Notes under the pieces: model-generated | The model's input: only the letters and a program-made list of their open reading frames with translations | Database searches by the model: none | What the model was told of the DNA's origin: nothing | Made by a program: the position numbers and the translations under genes | Part shown: one piece after another, positions 23,560 through 27,311 of the stretch | Numbering within the stretch: the stretch's first letter is position 1 | How the letters are laid out: each line of letters begins with the position of its first letter | Assembly (NCBI GenBank): GCA_023253235.1 | Contig: JALRHE010000184.1 | Location: forward strand, 1 to 27,311 | DNA from: Steroidobacteraceae bacterium | Lineage (GTDB): Bacteria; Pseudomonadota; Gammaproteobacteria; Steroidobacterales; Steroidobacteraceae | Reading direction: 5' to 3' | DNA length: 27,311 nucleotides

Positions 23560-24347
23560 ACGCGCGGCAATCTGCGGCCAGACCCCTCACCCGGATAAAC
23601 GCGTCCGTTGGCGCCCGGGTAGGCATAGCCGTTGATCAGCACGCGACGCGAAAACTGTGATTCGTTCGATGTGCTGCCATGCACAGCATAGGGACCGAAA
23701 AAAAGCACTGAGCCACTCTCTCCGGTGACCGTGATTGCCGCCGACTCGTCGAACTGCGCAGCCTCCGCTGCAGGATCCATCGGGGTGCCGTAGTCGTAGT
23801 GCGAGGAGAAGATGCGTCCCTCGGCATCACCCCGAACCGATTCGCGCGGAATGAACTTGAGCGGCCCGTTTTTCTCCGTCATGTCGTCGATCAGCGTGAT
23901 CGTCTGCACATAGGAGCCCCGACCGTTCAAATCCTTCCAGGTGCCAGGGCCCTTATCGCGGTGCTGAATATCCTGGTGCCAATCGAATGAGACGCCATCA
24001 CCGGGCATCTTGAAGTGCGCCTGACATAGCAACTGCTCGCAATGATCACTGCCGAGTAACTGCAGAGCAGGCTCAACCAATCGGCTATCAGCCGACAAAT
24101 CCAGCAACGTGGACTCCGCTCCACCAGCCCAAACCACTCGCTTGACGATCACCTCACCCTGCGGCGGAGCTTCCAAGACGAAATACGCACCGGCGTGATT
24201 TTGGGTCGTGCGCAATTGCTGTGCTGTGACATACAAACGCTCGAAGGCCTCACGGGCACGACTCATCTCGCTCGAGGAGAACAGCGCGGGAACCACCACC
24301 CAGCCGCGATCGAAGAATGCTGCAACCTGTTCAGCCGACAATTTCAT
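23556..24347 (-). CDS. PhyH-family Fe(II)/2-oxoglutarate dioxygenase (263 aa)
   Basis: LS.EQV..F...GW N-terminus, WHQD (HxD), IDDMT..NGPL, distal VHGS..N.S..SRR. No signal peptide. ATGA overlaps on both sides. Confidence 0.9.
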   Translation of the reverse strand: MKLSAEQVAAFFDRGWVVVPALFSSSEMSRAREAFERLYVTAQQLRTTQNHAGAYFVLEAPPQGEVIVKRVVWAGGAESTLLDLSADSRLVEPALQLLGSDHCEQLLCQAHFKMPGDGVSFDWHQDIQHRDKGPGTWKDLNGRGSYVQTITLIDDMTEKNGPLKFIPRESVRGDAEGRIFSSHYDYGTPMDPAAEAAQFDESAAITVTGESGSVLFFGPYAVHGSTSNESQFSRRVLINGYAYPGANGRVYPGEGSGRRLPRV

Positions 24348-26731
24348 CTCGATGAGCCCTCGACTCCATAGATCAAAAACTCCCGCCGCGACTGTCGCCA
24401 CTCGTTCTCGACCGTCCGCCAGGAATCCACGACGACATCAACCGAAAGACCGGATCGAAGCTGCCCGACGATCTGACGCCCGAACAAGCCCGCGATCCGA
24501 TCAAGCTCGAATTCACTCGGGTACAACCGATGCAGGGCGTGGGCCAGCTCGACGCCGAGTCGTACCGGTTTCAAGGCCGCACGATCCGTCACGACGAAGA
24601 ACACACCATGACACAGTTCGCCGGCAAACTTGCTGCTCGTCGGCGTGAAACTGACCGGGTAGACACGTAAGCCCGATATGTTTCTCGCATTGAGTTCACG
24701 AGCGAGCTCGGTTGCATCGATCCACGGTGCACCAATGAGCTGGAATGGAGTGTCGGTACCGCGACCCACCGAGACGTTCGCTCCTTCGATCGTGGCAACT
24801 CCCGGGTAGAGGCTCGTCGAGACGAGATTACGAAGATTTGGTGAGGGATTGACCCAGCGAAGACCCGACTCGTCGAACCAGCTGCGACGATCCCATCCCT
24901 GCACGGGGATCACCGTCAGCGCTGCCGACGTTTTGCGGTTGAAGTAGCGAGCAAGCTCGCCGATCGTCAAACCATGTCGAATCGGCATTGGTTGATAAGC
25001 CGTAAACGATAACTCCGCGGAATCGAGACTTGGGCCCTCGATACTCACGCCATCAATGGGGTTGATTCGATCCAGCACGATCACAGGCAGCTTACGGGCT
25101 GCAGCAGCTTCGAGCATGTAAGCCATACTGGTGGCGTACGTATAGAAGCGCGCACCGACATCTTGCAAGTCGATCACGATGACATCGAGATTGGCCAACA
25201 TCGCGTCGGTCGGTCGACGAGTTTCCCCATAGAGCGAGTGAATGACGAGACCCGTCTTCGCATCGCGCGACGAAGGCACCTTTTCATCCAGCTCGCCCCG
25301 AATGCCATGCTCAGGGCTGAACAATGCGGCTAACGTCACGCCATCCGCTTGCGCCAGTAGGTCGATAGTCGTCAACCCGTCGTGCGAGCGGCCCGTCTGA
25401 TTGGTTAGCAGTCCGACTCGTTTGCCCTGCAGCGGCGCAAATCCACTCGCCCTGAGCACATCGATACCTTGCCGTACGTCGCCAACACTCACGGCACGCG
25501 CGAGTGGCGCAGTTGGAAACTCCGGCGAAGCGTAACGCTGCGCACGCCATCGATCGACGGGTTCGCTCGCAGAAAACTCCGCCGCCACGATCGTGGCGAC
25601 CTTGGATCGCACTGGCGTCGCATCGCCCTTGCCATCGGGATGCACCCGGTTGGTCAGCAGCACGACATAGGTTCGACTGACTGGATCGATCCAGATCGAC
25701 GTGCCGGTAAAACCCGTATGACCAAAAGATCCAATCGGATATAGGTCGCCGCGATTGGCCGAGTAACTGCTGTCAATGTCCCAGCCGAGCCCACGCTGCA
25801 CATTCAAATTCGGCGGCGTTGCCGTCGATGTCATGCGGACTACGCCCGCGGGCGACAGCACACGTCGTCCATCCAGTTCGCCACCGCGCAGCAACATGCG
25901 CGCGAATCTCGACAGATCTTCGGCGGAACCGAACAAACCCGCATGACCTGCCACGCCACCCATACGACGGGCCGTCGGATCGTGCACGATGCCTTGCAGC
26001 AATATTTGATTCGGGCCATCGCATGGCCAACCGTAGGCAGTACAGAACTGGGTCGGCGCGATCACATCGCGTCGCGCCTCTATCGGTGTGAATCCGGCCG
26101 ATGTCATGCGCATCGGATCGAGAATCCGCTGCTGCACGAATGTCTGCAGCGGTTGACCTGCGACTCTCGCTACGATTTCACCCAGGACGATGTAGCCGAT
26201 ATCGCTATAGACGAAGCGCTCACCGGGCGCCGACTGCGGGAGCTCGTCGACAGCTCGCCGAACGGCCTCATCGGCGCCCAACCAATCGCCCCTCAGATCG
26301 AGACTCGGACGCAGACCCGACGTGTGCGTCAGCAGATGACGCAAGGTGATCTGATCTTTATCGTGTCTCGCGAACTCCGGCAGATGTTGCGCGACTTTAT
26401 CGGAGAGCCGAAGTTTGCCCTCCTCTACGAGGATCATCACCGACGTCGCCGTCGCGATGCCCTTGGTCAACGATGCCAGGTCGAATACGGTGTCGAGCCT
26501 CATCGGCTCGAGCGTCGGTTTTACAGCGCGATAACCATACGCTTTACGGTACAGGGTTTGATCACCACGCCCGATCCACACCACGGCACCCGGGATCTGC
26601 TGCCGCGTGATGGCATCCTCGATCGCGGCATCGACTTTGTTGGTCCAACCGGATCCCGCTGCGGATGCGACCGAACCGAGCAGCGCGAGCATGCCCCACG
26701 CCAGCGCACGTATCGGACCGACTTTGATCAT
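24344..26731 (-). CDS. namZ: Secreted fusion: class C beta-lactamase-fold hydrolase (AmiE-like) plus exo-beta-N-acetylmuramidase NamZ (DUF1343/GH171) domain (795 aa)
   Basis: N-domain has FDLASLTK (SxxK), YSD.GY and GHTGFTG. C-domain has VGLLTNQTG, FSPEHG.RG, SLYG, DLQDVGARFYTY, RHG.T.GEL, PSPN and VSVGRGT..PF. Signal peptide present. Confidence 0.92.
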   Translation of the reverse strand: MIKVGPIRALAWGMLALLGSVASAAGSGWTNKVDAAIEDAITRQQIPGAVVWIGRGDQTLYRKAYGYRAVKPTLEPMRLDTVFDLASLTKGIATATSVMILVEEGKLRLSDKVAQHLPEFARHDKDQITLRHLLTHTSGLRPSLDLRGDWLGADEAVRRAVDELPQSAPGERFVYSDIGYIVLGEIVARVAGQPLQTFVQQRILDPMRMTSAGFTPIEARRDVIAPTQFCTAYGWPCDGPNQILLQGIVHDPTARRMGGVAGHAGLFGSAEDLSRFARMLLRGGELDGRRVLSPAGVVRMTSTATPPNLNVQRGLGWDIDSSYSANRGDLYPIGSFGHTGFTGTSIWIDPVSRTYVVLLTNRVHPDGKGDATPVRSKVATIVAAEFSASEPVDRWRAQRYASPEFPTAPLARAVSVGDVRQGIDVLRASGFAPLQGKRVGLLTNQTGRSHDGLTTIDLLAQADGVTLAALFSPEHGIRGELDEKVPSSRDAKTGLVIHSLYGETRRPTDAMLANLDVIVIDLQDVGARFYTYATSMAYMLEAAAARKLPVIVLDRINPIDGVSIEGPSLDSAELSFTAYQPMPIRHGLTIGELARYFNRKTSAALTVIPVQGWDRRSWFDESGLRWVNPSPNLRNLVSTSLYPGVATIEGANVSVGRGTDTPFQLIGAPWIDATELARELNARNISGLRVYPVSFTPTSSKFAGELCHGVFFVVTDRAALKPVRLGVELAHALHRLYPSEFELDRIAGLFGRQIVGQLRSGLSVDVVVDSWRTVENEWRQSRREFLIYGVEGSSR

Positions 26732-26770
26732 CTGTCACCCCGCTTTTGGGTCTCAGTTTCCGACCCGCTT

Positions 26771-26804
26771 GACGAAAAAACCCGCCGACGCGGGTTTTTT
26801 CGTC
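26771..26804. terminator. Intrinsic (potentially bidirectional) terminator hairpin
   Basis: GACGAAAAAACCCGC-CGAC-GCGGGTTTTTTCGTC is a perfect 15-bp inverted repeat with a T6 tract on each strand, 13 nt after the receptor stop. Confidence 0.88.
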
Positions 26805-26817
26805 GATTGCGTATCTA

Positions 26818-27311
26818 TCAAAAGTCGACGCGCAACGAGAGCTGCACACGCCGCGGCAGGAAGAAGCTGCGTGCCTGACCAAACTGCGGGCTGTAGTCGA
26901 CCGGATCAATGTTGTATCCGGTCTGTCGATCGAACACGTTGAAGAGATCCGCACGGAACTTCAAGGTGGGCAACGAGGCCACTTGGAATTCCTGCGTGTA
27001 GTTCAGATCGAGTTGCCAGTGACTGGCGCTGCGACGGCTACCCGCGGGCTCGGCGTAAGACGAGGTCGTGTCGTACGAGTTGTTGACGCGCAGACCATAG
27101 TAAGTGCCCGACCACTTCTCCCAAGGCTGACCCGACTGGAACACGAAGTACGCGCCCAAGTTGGCTTTCCAATCCGTGGTGTAGTGACCGAATACCTTGA
27201 GCAAGTACGGGCGATCGCCCGAGAGCGTGCCGTCCTTATTATCCCAAGGGAACTTACCCGGATCATCGGCATAAAACGACGAACCGATGAACGTATTGGC
27301 GTCGTTGACCG
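26818..27311 (-). CDS. C-terminal part of a TonB-dependent receptor (5' end outside the window)
   Basis: Frame is open from the right edge. Ends QLDLNY...FRADLFNVF...PRRVQLSLRVDF with a terminal Phe, as expected for an outer-membrane beta-barrel. Double stop TGA TAG. Confidence 0.88.
   Translation of the reverse strand, partial: VNDANTFIGSSFYADDPGKFPWDNKDGTLSGDRPYLLKVFGHYTTDWKANLGAYFVFQSGQPWEKWSGTYYGLRVNNSYDTTSSYAEPAGSRRSASHWQLDLNYTQEFQVASLPTLKFRADLFNVFDRQTGYNIDPVDYSPQFGQARSFFLPRRVQLSLRVDF

Noticed and set aside
21164-26731. Two beta-lactamase-fold genes read as an antibiotic-resistance cluster
   Set aside because: One lacks Glu166 and the other is fused to NamZ; the context points to cell-wall catabolism and there are no mobility signatures.
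25943-26878. 311-aa plus-strand ORF (also 22783..23598 and 16990..17772)
   Set aside because: Antisense to well-supported genes, no recognisable motifs; long shadow ORFs are expected in GC-rich DNA.

Overview
GC-rich, gene-dense bacterial chromosomal window. Gene content suggests a proteobacterium, probably gamma (inference only). I saw no mobile element, CRISPR array, rRNA or tRNA. From left to right: (1) a minus-strand methionine operon, ArsR/SahR-like regulator-metF-metH, with metH running off the left edge; (2) a divergent plus-strand tyrosine-catabolism operon, hppD-VOC protein-FAH hydrolase-MarR, followed after 1 nt by a large NAD-glutamate dehydrogenase; (3) an unknown ~8-TM membrane protein and gpmA; (4) a minus-strand TPP-riboswitch thiamine salvage unit (TonB receptor-PnuC/PnuT-ThiK-like kinase) trailed by a 2Fe-2S ferredoxin and a membrane-anchored RraB-like protein; (5) a PhzF-family isomerase and a secreted ChuX/HutX-like protein; (6) a minus-strand locus with the 3' end of a TonB receptor, a strong hairpin, and five genes joined by ATGA overlaps: AmiE-like/NamZ fusion, PhyH-family Fe/2OG dioxygenase, sodium:solute symporter, class A-like serine hydrolase lacking Glu166, and DUF1611/DgcN. 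Block 6 is the most interesting. It looks like a peptidoglycan-scavenging system containing an unexplained dioxygenase, which might cleave the MurNAc lactyl ether oxidatively. All family calls come from motif recognition by eye; no database searches were run.
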